Positions 38,355 through 47,313 of a stretch of DNA of 64,000 nucleotides are shown here, piece by piece. The notes below the pieces were generated by a model. The model made no database searches. It saw nothing but the letters and a program-made list of their open reading frames with translations, and had not been told where the DNA came from. Numbering within the stretch: position 1 is the stretch's first letter; every line of letters starts with the position of its first letter. The position numbers and the translations under genes are program-made. Source of the stretch: Escherichia phage vB_EcoM_VR7; sequence record NC_014792.1; one strand, given 5' to 3'.

Positions 38355-38533
38355 AATTTAGGTCCTTTTGCAACTGTATTGAACAAGCTACGGTCACACA
38401 CCATCAACGGAGCATCAGGCCATTTCAAAGGACGATACCATACATCTTGGTCAGTCACTTTGGTTACCTGTACAGGATAGCCATTTACAGAATAATACCG
38501 GTCAACTTTAATTTCTTTATCTTGAATAACCAT
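38351..38533 (-). CDS. hypothetical protein
   Basis: 60 aa; first gene after an early promoter cassette. Confidence 0.45.
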   Translation of the reverse strand: MVIQDKEIKVDRYYSVNGYPVQVTKVTDQDVWYRPLKWPDAPLMVCDRSLFNTVAKGPKL

Positions 38534-38554
38534 TTTGTTTTCCTCATCAGTAGT

Positions 38555-38583
38555 TGATGGGATAATGATACATCATTCAAAGG
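38555..38583 (-). promoter_or_regulatory. early promoter cassette
   Basis: TGTACA-N17-TATCAT-TATCCCATCAACTACTGATGAGGAAAACAAAATG; -35 lies in a hairpin loop. Confidence 0.55.
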
Positions 38584-38595
38584 GGCTTGTACACC
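38565..38595 (-). terminator. hairpin AAAGGGG...CCCCTTT
   Basis: stem encloses the TTGTACA -35 element; downstream of 38601..38918. Confidence 0.45.
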
Positions 38596-38600
38596 CCTTT

Positions 38601-38918
38601 TTAATCTTCAATTAAGTCCTGGTCATACCCCAGGGATATCAGTTTTGTTTTAAAGGCAGGAATATTGGTCATTTTTTCATCATTGACAAAAATCACCGGG
38701 TAGCGAATGTTAAGGGTAGGATATCCAGCACGCTTAGCCAGAGACACGATTAAAGGCCTGTCATAAGCGATTTCAGAGCCTTGTTTGTTAAGGACTGAAT
38801 AGAATGTATAAGGAAGGTTTAAGGAGCCCAGAAGGCTCCTGACGTACATACAACCAGGACACCGCCCGACTTCTTCGGGAATGCCATAGATTTCAATTTT
38901 AGTCGAGTTTTGGCCCAC
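38601..38918 (-). CDS. glutaredoxin/NrdH-like redoxin
   Basis: 105 aa; CPGC active-site motif in IYGIPEEVGRCPGCMY. Confidence 0.55.
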   Translation of the reverse strand: MGQNSTKIEIYGIPEEVGRCPGCMYVRSLLGSLNLPYTFYSVLNKQGSEIAYDRPLIVSLAKRAGYPTLNIRYPVIFVNDEKMTNIPAFKTKLISLGYDQDLIED

Positions 38919-39198
38919 AGGAAATTACTCCTTGGTAGTTCCAGGTTTTAATAACTTCTTCATCACTGGTAGTTTCATACGGAATGTAAACCTGTATAAG
39001 GAAACCAGTGTCATCGAAAGAGAAATAAACTGTCGGTTTGATTCCATGAATCTCGGATTGAGCATAGATATCTTTAAGGTCTTCTTCCTTATCAGCAAAG
39101 AATTCCGGGTTCAGGTCACAGTCATGGAAGTACCATTCATCACCAAACTTGTCCCATGCGGTCCAATTAGTAGCTACATATTCTTCAAAACGTTTCAT
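38899..39198 (-). CDS. hypothetical protein
   Basis: 99 aa. Confidence 0.45.
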   Translation of the reverse strand: MKRFEEYVATNWTAWDKFGDEWYFHDCDLNPEFFADKEEDLKDIYAQSEIHGIKPTVYFSFDDTGFLIQVYIPYETTSDEEVIKTWNYQGVISCGPKLD

Positions 39199-39446
39199 TC
39201 TTTCACCTTCAGCATTTTTGCAATGGTATTATGAATAGCCTGGATTCTTTTGTTGAATTCAGAGCTTTCGAGGCCAGGATTAGTGCTTAACCAACCGATG
39301 ATAACAAACAGCAAACCAAACGGGATGGCCAGAATAAGCAGACAAACGATGAACAACACAAGCGTTATATTTGCCAGGATATCTGCCACCGCATTGCGAA
39401 AATTATTCATTAGAAAGGTCCTGTATTGGTTACGAGGAATAGCCAT
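39195..39446 (-). CDS. small membrane protein
   Basis: 83 aa; hydrophobic LVLFIVCLLILAIPFGLLFVIIGWL. Confidence 0.45.
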   Translation of the reverse strand: MAIPRNQYRTFLMNNFRNAVADILANITLVLFIVCLLILAIPFGLLFVIIGWLSTNPGLESSEFNKRIQAIHNTIAKMLKVKE

Positions 39447-39531
39447 TGAGAAGGATACTCGTCACCCATCAATCGTATTAAATTGTTTATAGCTTCGCCA
39501 ATACAATACACAATAATTCCATAAAAATTAA

Positions 39532-40005
39532 TCATTTAAGCGATTTCCTCAGTTGTTTTTTAAATGAAGCTTGTAGTTTAGGCTTCGTATCAGATTCATT
39601 ATAAGTCATGCCGTTCAAAAGCATTTCCTGAATCATTTCTTCTTTCCCCAGGCGACCGAACTCTTTGGCTTTGTCTGCCACAAAATTGGGGTGAATATTG
39701 TTTTCGGTATAATCAGATTTCAGATAGACAAGCAAACTCTCTAACCATTCCAGGTAGTCAACATTGCGACCTTTCAGACCCGAGCGGCTGAACTTATGCT
39801 TCATTTGTCCTTCTGTTCCATTGCACAGATTGCATAGTAACCCACGAACTTTACCGGCTTTTGGCCCGTTCAATTCGTGGTCATGGTCAAGATGGTTGGC
39901 CTGAACATCGGAGTCCAAATCACGGTGGCAAATTGGACACTTACCAGCTTGTGCATCATAAAGTTTTTGTTTTTCTTCTTTGTATAATTTGCCAGTCAAC
40001 AACAT
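39532..40005 (-). CDS. 49: endonuclease VII (Holliday junction resolvase)
   Basis: 157 aa; near-identical to recalled T4 gp49 (MLLTGKLYKEEKQK...HLDHDHELNGPKAGKVRGLLCNLCN). Confidence 0.9.
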   Translation of the reverse strand: MLLTGKLYKEEKQKLYDAQAGKCPICHRDLDSDVQANHLDHDHELNGPKAGKVRGLLCNLCNGTEGQMKHKFSRSGLKGRNVDYLEWLESLLVYLKSDYTENNIHPNFVADKAKEFGRLGKEEMIQEMLLNGMTYNESDTKPKLQASFKKQLRKSLK

Positions 40006-40040
40006 AATAAACCCTTACCATTATTAGATAAGGGTATTTA

Positions 40041-40217
40041 TTAAATATTATAAAACGAGCGATGCAACCGTTTAAATTGTCGAATCATCTTTTTAGTAGG
40101 ACGAGTATATAATCCTACGCAGGTGACCATAAACCGGTCAGTAGGACTTCCTTTGATAAGAAGTTTCCAGACCTTACCACCATTTAACTTTTCGGTATAG
40201 ACTAATACAGTTTTCAT
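40041..40217 (-). CDS. small basic protein, RPTKRQIR-motif family
   Basis: about 58 aa, ...YTRPTKKMIRQFKRLHR...; below track cutoff; approximate. Confidence 0.4.
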   Translation of the reverse strand: MKTVLVYTEKLNGGKVWKLLIKGSPTDRFMVTCVGLYTRPTKKMIRQFKRLHRSFYNI

Positions 40218-40489
40218 TAAACAATCCTAAAACAAGGATAATGACATTCAACGTTACCATTATCAATTATCATATACTCTGTGATACAAGTCCATGACCC
40301 TTCAATTTCTATGGTATCAAAAAGGTATTCATCTGCTTCAACAACGTCCCAAACATTACATTCAACATCAGGATCAAAACGTTGTCTTAACGCTTGGATA
40401 ACATCGCCATTTTTAAATCCTGTGTCTTGAAGCTCTTTCATAAAACCTGATTGAGCAGCAGCATGAATATTAACAATTTCTAAAAACAT
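40217..40489 (-). CDS. hypothetical protein
   Basis: 90 aa acidic. Confidence 0.45.
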   Translation of the reverse strand: MFLEIVNIHAAAQSGFMKELQDTGFKNGDVIQALRQRFDPDVECNVWDVVEADEYLFDTIEIEGSWTCITEYMIIDNGNVECHYPCFRIV

Positions 40490-40659
40490 TAAAAGACCTC
40501 ATCAGAAAAGCGAAGTTGAGCTTCAAGCCAATGAATATAATCTGCTGCGGCAAAAATTAAAGCAGATTCTTCATCGGGTAACTTACGAGAATCCGACAGC
40601 TCGTAAAGAGAATGTTCAATTAAACGACCTTTATGTCGACCTACTTCAATTTTGGTACT
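40489..40659 (-). CDS. small hypothetical protein
   Basis: about 56 aa; approximate. Confidence 0.3.
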   Translation of the reverse strand, partial: STKIEVGRHKGRLIEHSLYELSDSRKLPDEESALIFAAADYIHWLEAQLRFSDEVF

Positions 40660-40778
40660 CATATCCAAACTCCATATCGATTAATTCATTGTTTGAAGGT
40701 TCATTATACTCTGTTTCGGAACCATTGTAAACAGGTTCCTCTGGCTCGACAGTTTCAAATCTACATACAAACCAAGGT

Positions 40779-41459
40779 TTATTCATTATTCTTTTTCCTA
40801 GCATCAGAAGCAGCTTTTCTTCTAGTTCTAGTCCTTTCTAAATCAGCAGCAATCAAATTAGCTATATTAGTAACCGGATTACCAAATTCATCATAAGTAA
40901 TATATTTCCAAGCATATCCAAATGTATGATTTCTCTCATTAAGCAGGCACCTTTTAATAGCGCTGCCTGCTTTATAAATTGAAAGAAATTTAGCTGCATC
41001 TGGTAAATAATCAAAAGTTTCTACCAATTCACCTGAACTTAAATCAAATGCACCAAAAAGCTCAATAGTGTATTTACTCCTATCAAGACTGGCTTTAGCT
41101 TCATGCTTTAAGTGGTTTATTTCTTTTAGAATTTTAAGGTCTAATTGTCCTGGTATTTTATCTATCTGTACACCCATTCTAGATAAAGCATACCCCATTT
41201 TATAGTTTCCTGATTTGGCCAACCAATAGTGAGCCATAATATGGCTTTCTATACTTAGATTTACAAGATTCCATTTAGACGTTTTAAATTCAGGAAATAA
41301 GGATTTAGGTAATATATGGTGAGACTCGGTTTTACCTTTTATTAAAGGCCCGGAAGACTCTATTAAAGAGAAATAGTTTTCAGCAAATTGCCAATAAGGC
41401 AATTTGCTTTTAAGAAGTTCTTTAATTTCGTCTAAGGTTTTAGTAGGCTTAACGGTCAC
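40779..41459 (-). CDS. putative HNH homing endonuclease (Mob-like)
   Basis: 226 aa; HNH pattern ESHHILPKSLFPE...NLVNLSIESHIMAHYW; basic C-terminus. Confidence 0.55.
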   Translation of the reverse strand: MTVKPTKTLDEIKELLKSKLPYWQFAENYFSLIESSGPLIKGKTESHHILPKSLFPEFKTSKWNLVNLSIESHIMAHYWLAKSGNYKMGYALSRMGVQIDKIPGQLDLKILKEINHLKHEAKASLDRSKYTIELFGAFDLSSGELVETFDYLPDAAKFLSIYKAGSAIKRCLLNERNHTFGYAWKYITYDEFGNPVTNIANLIAADLERTRTRRKAASDARKKNNE

Positions 41460-41757
41460 ACCACCAACTACTTACTTCAAAATCAGGCTCGCCGTCGTCC
41501 CAATACCAAGGACCAACCGGATGCCAATCGCCATGCTTATCTTCTTCGTATTCTTCAGATTCTAGTCCAACGTATTGCCATTGGACTTCATAAGCAGTGC
41601 CACCAATTACGACAGTGTTTTCACCATACGGGTTAGCCACAGCAAAGTCAATGCCTTCTTCTTTCGCCAGGGCTACCATGTATTCATAGAGTTTATATTC
41701 CAGGTCGTCTTCGTTACCATCGCCCAGATAAATTGTTTGTCCACTTAATTCACTCAT
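41449..41757 (-). CDS. hypothetical acidic protein
   Basis: 102 aa. Confidence 0.45.
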   Translation of the reverse strand: MSELSGQTIYLGDGNEDDLEYKLYEYMVALAKEEGIDFAVANPYGENTVVIGGTAYEVQWQYVGLESEEYEEDKHGDWHPVGPWYWDDGEPDFEVSSWWCDR

Positions 41758-41779
41758 AATTCCGCCATAAATTTGTCAT

Positions 41780-41947
41780 TCATTTAAAGTTCCAGAATGA
41801 AGCACCAACCAGAAATAAAGGCCAACAAATCATAGACGTCAGCCACCAACAAAAATCACCTGCGCCGAAATCATCCAATTTAGCTAGGGTCTTAGCATAG
41901 CCAATACCAATGATAATATACAAAACACCCAACAATAATTCAATCAT
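41780..41947 (-). CDS. small membrane peptide
   Basis: about 55 aa, MIELLLGVLYIIIGIGYA...; ATGA overlap with nrdC stop; approximate. Confidence 0.3.
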   Translation of the reverse strand: MIELLLGVLYIIIGIGYAKTLAKLDDFGAGDFCWWLTSMICWPLFLVGASFWNFK

Positions 41948-42207
41948 TTGAAATATTCTCGCAGTTCAGTGAACCCACCAATATGACTTCCGTCAGGAGC
42001 AAACACTTGTGGCATAGTCAAACCAATTTGAGATTCGCGACCAAGTGCAGCCAGGAGTTGAGCAATCTTCTCATCATCAAACACACCTTTTTCTGGCATG
42101 ACGTTGATGAATTCGTAAGGTTGTTTTTTAACATCCAAAAAACGTTTTGCATTATCGCAGAATACACAGCGATGGATAGATGAATCATAACCATATACTT
42201 TAAACAT
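41944..42207 (-). CDS. nrdC: thioredoxin/glutaredoxin NrdC
   Basis: 87 aa; near-identical to recalled T4 NrdC (MFKVYGYDS...CVFCDNAKR). Confidence 0.85.
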   Translation of the reverse strand: MFKVYGYDSSIHRCVFCDNAKRFLDVKKQPYEFINVMPEKGVFDDEKIAQLLAALGRESQIGLTMPQVFAPDGSHIGGFTELREYFK

Positions 42208-42208
42208 A

Positions 42209-42466
42209 TTATTCCGTAATTCCTAATACTTGTTTGAAGGTCTCAGTATAATCGGAGTATTGACCGGTTTGTTCTTTATGTTTGTCCATAATATCATAAA
42301 CTTCTGAACGCATATTATTATACGAACGGGTTAAAGCGGATTTCAATACTGAATAACTATCCGGGAATTTACCGTGTTCTTTATAATAGGCCAGAGTTAA
42401 TTCACGGACCGCCTTATCAGCAGTCTCAAGATATTCTTTACGCTTTGCCATTTTCTTCTCGCTCAA
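42209..42466 (-). CDS. hypothetical protein
   Basis: 85 aa. Confidence 0.45.
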   Translation of the reverse strand: MSEKKMAKRKEYLETADKAVRELTLAYYKEHGKFPDSYSVLKSALTRSYNNMRSEVYDIMDKHKEQTGQYSDYTETFKQVLGITE

Positions 42467-42740
42467 ATCGGTGTTTACAATGTCTGCATTTATATTGAAG
42501 CGGAGAGCTACGCCAATAAGTCAATTGGACCTGTTCAGTTCCACATTCAGGGCAGTTCGGAACGTTTTTAGAAGCTTGTTCACGTCGTTCGACAATTTTA
42601 ATAATCGCATTCCAATCAGGAATATCTTGACTATAATCATCACAACCGTGAATCTTACCAATCAATTCGGCTCCTTTAATAAAGTTCAATAAACCTGTAT
42701 TAGATGCTGAAGCAATGTCTTCTCTTAAACGTTGTTTCAT
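42438..42740 (-). CDS. hypothetical protein with C-terminal zinc ribbon
   Basis: 100 aa; CPECG...CRHCKH. Confidence 0.45.
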   Translation of the reverse strand: MKQRLREDIASASNTGLLNFIKGAELIGKIHGCDDYSQDIPDWNAIIKIVERREQASKNVPNCPECGTEQVQLTYWRSSPLQYKCRHCKHRFEREENGKA

Positions 42741-43729
42741 TTCAGCAGCTCCAGAGCCTGTTCCAGTTTATCCAGACGATTGGTTGATTCTTCCCAAAGT
42801 CGCTTGGCTTTTGTATAATCTTCAGTTGCCTTTTTATTAACAGCAAGAGCTTCATTATACGCTGTTTCCAGGGCAACAATTTCAGGCGCTTTTTGTTTCA
42901 CTGGCTCATTATTCAGATTATCAATCAGGTCTTCAAGGGTAGTAACTTCTTGCGGTGCATTCATAATTTCCTCACTTTTCTTTTTATAGATTTCTGCATC
43001 AGTTGGCTGCTTTGCGCATTTAACTTCGCGTAATGTCACCACAATTTTCCAACCTTTCCAACCATGAGAACTGGTGATAGGGTCAACTTTAATTTTTTCA
43101 ACAGTGCGCATATAATTAAGTGCACACTGCAGCTGATGAGTGAGCGTGCATGCAACATCAAGATACTTTTTGATATTTTCAGGTGTAGCCTCTGGAGTAT
43201 AGAACTCATGCTTAACTGTAATAATTACCTGATTTTCACCAGAATCTTTAACCTTTACCATGTTCTCAGCCAGATGGTAGATAGTGCGAAAATCACCGCC
43301 CATCAATTTTGTTGCTGATTTTATGATAGACATTTTGTTATTTCTGAATTCACGCGCCCAACTGTTTGCAAATTCAGAAACAGTATAGCCTTGTTTATCA
43401 AGATAGTATTTTTCAACATCACCAAACCAATGATACCCAATTGTACCTTTACCACGTCTGGATTCAACACCAAACTTATTAAGAAGGTCTTTATTAACCA
43501 GGCATGCCAGGACTCGGGAACCTTTAAAAGTTTTCTTGATATCAGCATTACCAGCACGACTCGCAATAGTCGCGATGTCTTTCTTAAAACGACCGGATGC
43601 AACAATCGATGCGTCAATCTGATTTAACCAGAAATTGATAATCGAAAGGATAGCCGATTCACCTATTAATGGTTTTACTTTTGCATCGATAGTGGTGTTA
43701 AAGGCCTGGATATATTCGTTACGTGTCAT
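42737..43729 (-). CDS. hypothetical protein, C-terminal coiled coil
   Basis: 330 aa; first gene after promoter TTTACT-N17-TATAAT at about 43750..43790. Confidence 0.5.
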   Translation of the reverse strand: MTRNEYIQAFNTTIDAKVKPLIGESAILSIINFWLNQIDASIVASGRFKKDIATIASRAGNADIKKTFKGSRVLACLVNKDLLNKFGVESRRGKGTIGYHWFGDVEKYYLDKQGYTVSEFANSWAREFRNNKMSIIKSATKLMGGDFRTIYHLAENMVKVKDSGENQVIITVKHEFYTPEATPENIKKYLDVACTLTHQLQCALNYMRTVEKIKVDPITSSHGWKGWKIVVTLREVKCAKQPTDAEIYKKKSEEIMNAPQEVTTLEDLIDNLNNEPVKQKAPEIVALETAYNEALAVNKKATEDYTKAKRLWEESTNRLDKLEQALELLK

Positions 43730-43787
43730 AGTGTTCTCCTCATAAAGTAGGAATTCATTATACTCCCTCCATCCTTGGAAGTAAACA

Positions 43788-44705
43788 TTATTTTAATGCT
43801 TTGATTGCAGCTTGCAATTTATTGCGTTGCGTTTCCATGTTCTTGATGCGATTCAGGACATCCTGGATACCCTTCTTCTCATCTTCAATCAGACCATTTA
43901 AGCGGTTGACTGATTCCTTGATAGCATCCGCATGATAGCTCTCAATAGGCTTCATTGTTGGGTTAAAGATTTCAAGAGAGCTGGATGGCTGGACATTCCA
44001 TTTGTACATATTTTTAACGTCCAGTGGTGAAATTTTGGTCTGGTCATAAGATTTAAATTGACCTGCAAATGCTGGGCCATATGCCGCAGTAAGGGTACGT
44101 TCCATTTCTGGTTCCTTTTTCTCTTGATAAGGAGCATAAGACAAAAGATATTCTTTAGTTAATTTAATATCAATGGCTATAGTTTTAAGGAATTTTTCCG
44201 TTTGATGGATATAATTTGTATCTTCATCAAACGTGTATGATTCAACAGCATGGCGCATATAAAACAGCGCAATACCCATAACCTCTTTAAAGTTATGACA
44301 AAGAGCAACATCGCCCTTGGTGGTTGGTTTGAACTTAATCTGTACACCATCATTCTTGATATTAATAATCAAGTTATTGGAGTTGAAATTATAGTTCTTG
44401 ATGTTAATCGGAGCTTTGCGAATACGAAATCCGCCGGCCAGAATTTCCTTGATACTCTTACGAACCGTGGCACCAAACAAAAACGCTGGGCGGCGGCAAT
44501 AATCATTCAGAGAGTTAATTCTTACAATACGTTGGCCATACCCCTGGGTAGCAGAACCTGATTTGATTTTACCAAAGTTAACCAAAGAATTCATTGCGAT
44601 AAGACGAGCCACACGACCGTCATGTGGTTCATAACTACTAGCATATTCAGCGCGAGTTTTAATTTTCATATCATAGTCCAAATAATTTTTCATAGAGTTT
44701 AGCAA
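43788..44705 (-). CDS. hypothetical protein, C-terminal coiled coil
   Basis: 305 aa. Confidence 0.5.
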   Translation of the reverse strand: MLNSMKNYLDYDMKIKTRAEYASSYEPHDGRVARLIAMNSLVNFGKIKSGSATQGYGQRIVRINSLNDYCRRPAFLFGATVRKSIKEILAGGFRIRKAPINIKNYNFNSNNLIINIKNDGVQIKFKPTTKGDVALCHNFKEVMGIALFYMRHAVESYTFDEDTNYIHQTEKFLKTIAIDIKLTKEYLLSYAPYQEKKEPEMERTLTAAYGPAFAGQFKSYDQTKISPLDVKNMYKWNVQPSSSLEIFNPTMKPIESYHADAIKESVNRLNGLIEDEKKGIQDVLNRIKNMETQRNKLQAAIKALK

Positions 44706-44907
44706 AAGGCCAGGTCACACACATTATAACAGCGATTATCCAAAACACAGGCCATACGAATGTTGTGAACACTGCATCATACTCGTCCCCACTTTCGTAG
44801 GGACTATCAAACTTGTGGAGCAACAGGGTAGTAATAAATCCCGTCAAAAGATAACCAAAAATAATACTGATAATCAAAATGGTCATATTAATCCTTAAGC
44901 AATTCAA
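44671..44907 (-). CDS. small membrane protein
   Basis: 78 aa; two hydrophobic helices. Confidence 0.45.
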   Translation of the reverse strand: MNCLRINMTILIISIIFGYLLTGFITTLLLHKFDSPYESGDEYDAVFTTFVWPVFWIIAVIMCVTWPFAKLYEKLFGL

Positions 44908-45736
44908 TAACGTTCATTAGTTTTTGACGTTCAGCTTTTGCTGCACTGTTCAGTCCTGACAGGCGGAAAATTTCATCATCTTGTTGCTGGATGGTGATGT
45001 TAAGTTCTTCAATCTGTTTAGTGAAAAGCTCAATTTGCTCTGAATATTTTTCATTGCTTCGCACTGGAACAGGTTCCATTTTAGGAGCTTGTTCTGAAGG
45101 ACTCTCAACTACAACTCGGTCTTTAATTTGGCATAATTTAATACGCTGGACGCCTCCAGTTTTAACATCATAGAAGGTAAGAACCCCATGATGTTCGAGT
45201 TCAGACAATGCCAAACGGAGGTGGAATTTCCAGTTTTCGTATTGACATCCGCTAAAAGAAGAAATACTGTATTCGCCTTCATTTTGACCTTTAATAACAT
45301 TAAATAGTTTGTAATCTAAAGAATTATTGGTTTTAAAGGTCATTTGTTTATCTTGACCGCTTGCTAAACGAGCACCAAGAGCTAATAAACGTCGTTGGTT
45401 AGTATGAAGGTCTTTGACCACTTCATCAAATGTCATGGTGCTAATCGCACGACCATAAAGGTCATAACCTTTATTATAATTTTTAAGTAAAATTTTGGCA
45501 TTAGCACGAGACAACATACCCGAACGTTGAAGAGATTTCATGACTCGGTCTTCTAATGTAAGCAAGCCCGTTGTTTTATTAAAGATTTTAGTGAATTCAG
45601 CAGAATTAGTACAAACATTGAACTTATTCCACATCATATATAAAACATTTAAAACCACATCTTTAGTGCTCGGAATACTGTTAAATTTAACAACTTTTTT
45701 AACTTCAGAACGAATTTCATTAATTGCTTGTGACAT
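44888..45736 (-). CDS. hypothetical protein, C-terminal coiled coil
   Basis: 282 aa. Confidence 0.5.
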   Translation of the reverse strand: MSQAINEIRSEVKKVVKFNSIPSTKDVVLNVLYMMWNKFNVCTNSAEFTKIFNKTTGLLTLEDRVMKSLQRSGMLSRANAKILLKNYNKGYDLYGRAISTMTFDEVVKDLHTNQRRLLALGARLASGQDKQMTFKTNNSLDYKLFNVIKGQNEGEYSISSFSGCQYENWKFHLRLALSELEHHGVLTFYDVKTGGVQRIKLCQIKDRVVVESPSEQAPKMEPVPVRSNEKYSEQIELFTKQIEELNITIQQQDDEIFRLSGLNSAAKAERQKLMNVIELLKD

Positions 45737-45754
45737 ATTATTTTCCTCAATAGA

Positions 45755-45790
45755 TTAATCAAAGGTCAGAACCATTATACCATCCTTGGT
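45755..45790 (-). promoter_or_regulatory. candidate middle-type promoter
   Basis: AACGCTTTATACCAAGGATGGTATAAT, near-identical to the element upstream of gp55. Confidence 0.35.
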
Positions 45791-45799
45791 ATAAAGCGT

Positions 45800-46324
45800 T
45801 TATGCGAGAACCGTCTTTAAACGCTCTTCAAACTTCTGAAGGAGTACCTGGCGCTCTGCTCTTTGTTTGGTATAGGTTTCAATACGCTCTGAAGTGAGAT
45901 TGTATTGTTCATTAACTGATTCCCGCATGAATTCAGGAATCTCTTTACATGCTTTGATTTCATTGAACTTATCAAGCACTGCTTGATGTTCAGCAATCAG
46001 ACCATCATAATATTGGATATCTGATTTGATGTTCTGTACATCAGATTCAGTTGGCATATTTTTCTTTACTCTTGCCGCTTGATACTCAGCATTAGTCTCT
46101 CTTGACCAGAACAAAGAGCGGTTTTTGTTAGTGTTTTTATACACATCAATAATACCAACTGAATCAACATTCACAATCCAGTTCCAGGCGTTTTTATAAG
46201 TTTGACCACCTGATACTGTAATCTCACCTGCACAAGCAACATCATTAAAGAACTTGCTTTGTGCTTCTGATTTAAAATTACCATTATTGTAATTAATCAG
46301 ATTAAAGATTGATTTGGCTTCCAT
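45800..46324 (-). CDS. hypothetical protein
   Basis: 174 aa. Confidence 0.5.
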   Translation of the reverse strand: MEAKSIFNLINYNNGNFKSEAQSKFFNDVACAGEITVSGGQTYKNAWNWIVNVDSVGIIDVYKNTNKNRSLFWSRETNAEYQAARVKKNMPTESDVQNIKSDIQYYDGLIAEHQAVLDKFNEIKACKEIPEFMRESVNEQYNLTSERIETYTKQRAERQVLLQKFEERLKTVLA

Positions 46325-46358
46325 TTTATTCTCCAGTTTGGTAACTCAGTATGGGAAC

Positions 46359-46387
46359 ATTATACGTCTATCCCATACTGATGTACA
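46359..46387 (-). promoter_or_regulatory. early promoter cassette
   Basis: TGTACA-N17-TATAAT-GTTCCCATACTGAGTTACC. Confidence 0.55.
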
Positions 46388-46390
46388 CAT

Positions 46391-46693
46391 TTAATTAAAA
46401 GTTCTTTCAGTATTTTCACCACTGAACCAGGCGCTCTTAACGGCTTGCTGTGCGCGATGAATCTGTTCAGCCATATAAACACCAAGGGCCTCTGCTTTTC
46501 TTGTCCTGTGGGCTTCTGCGGCGACCATTTGCAGCTTATCCATCATGATAAGAGCTTTACATTTCTCCTTCAGAGCATAACGTTTCTTCTCTTCTGGAGT
46601 TTTGACCATTCCTCTTAACTTGTGCATTTTCAACTTAAAATGGTCAGCAGATTTCAGACATGCATCAATCATGTCAATTTCATACTTTTTCAT
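46391..46693 (-). CDS. hypothetical basic protein
   Basis: 100 aa. Confidence 0.45.
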   Translation of the reverse strand: MKKYEIDMIDACLKSADHFKLKMHKLRGMVKTPEEKKRYALKEKCKALIMMDKLQMVAAEAHRTRKAEALGVYMAEQIHRAQQAVKSAWFSGENTERTFN

Positions 46694-46699
46694 AATTCC

Positions 46700-46906
46700 T
46701 CACTTGCGACGGCGTTTTGGTAATGGTTTAGGGAAGAACATTGCTTTACCTGCAGGGGTCAAAGTCACACGCAAAGCATTACCAATACCAAGGGATGCTT
46801 TAACCAGACCTTTGGCTTTTAACTCACCAAATGCTTGACGTTGTTCAGGGTCACGAGTGTTAACCATCAGACCTTTTTCACCAGCAGCTTTGATTAATTC
46901 TAACAT
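46700..46906 (-). CDS. hypothetical protein
   Basis: start moved to MLELIKAAG after conserved leader and GGAGAATAAAATG RBS. Confidence 0.45.
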   Translation of the reverse strand: MLELIKAAGEKGLMVNTRDPEQRQAFGELKAKGLVKASLGIGNALRVTLTPAGKAMFFPKPLPKRRRK

Positions 46907-46945
46907 TTTATTCTCCAGTTTTATTTGGTAACTCAGTATGGAATC

Positions 46946-46974
46946 ATTATGCCTCATGACCATCTGGTTGTACA
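46946..46974 (-). promoter_or_regulatory. early promoter cassette
   Basis: TGTACA-N17-CATAAT-GATTCCATACTGAGTTACC. Confidence 0.55.
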
Positions 46975-46984
46975 CTACTTTTTA

Positions 46985-47015
46985 AAATAAAAAAGGACCC
47001 CGAAGGGTCCTTTGT
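46985..47015 (-). terminator. UUCG-tetraloop terminator
   Basis: ggaccc-cgaa-gggtcc flanked by A/T runs. Confidence 0.6.
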
Positions 47016-47016
47016 A

Positions 47017-47313
47017 TTATTTCTTACAACCAACATATTTTGGCATATGACAGAAAACAGAATCGGTAACTACTCGACCCTTTGCCCATGCTTCCTGTGC
47101 TTTACCGTGAGTAGTATTCACATAGCTGGATTTAATATTCTCAATACCTTGAGAATGTGATGCGTGTGCAGAACCATTAGAAGGACCTGCTGACTGACTT
47201 GAACTTTGACCGCCGGTGGAACCACCAGGGCCTGATGTGCCTTCAGTAGCCAGTACACCAAAAGACATAACAGCGGCCAACAGGCCTATAGCCACTTTTA
47301 ATTTTAATTTCAT
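47017..47313 (-). CDS. secreted Gly/Ser-rich protein
   Basis: 98 aa; signal peptide, low-complexity GPGGSTGGQSSSQSAGPS, two C-terminal Cys. Confidence 0.5.
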   Translation of the reverse strand: MKLKLKVAIGLLAAVMSFGVLATEGTSGPGGSTGGQSSSQSAGPSNGSAHASHSQGIENIKSSYVNTTHGKAQEAWAKGRVVTDSVFCHMPKYVGCKK

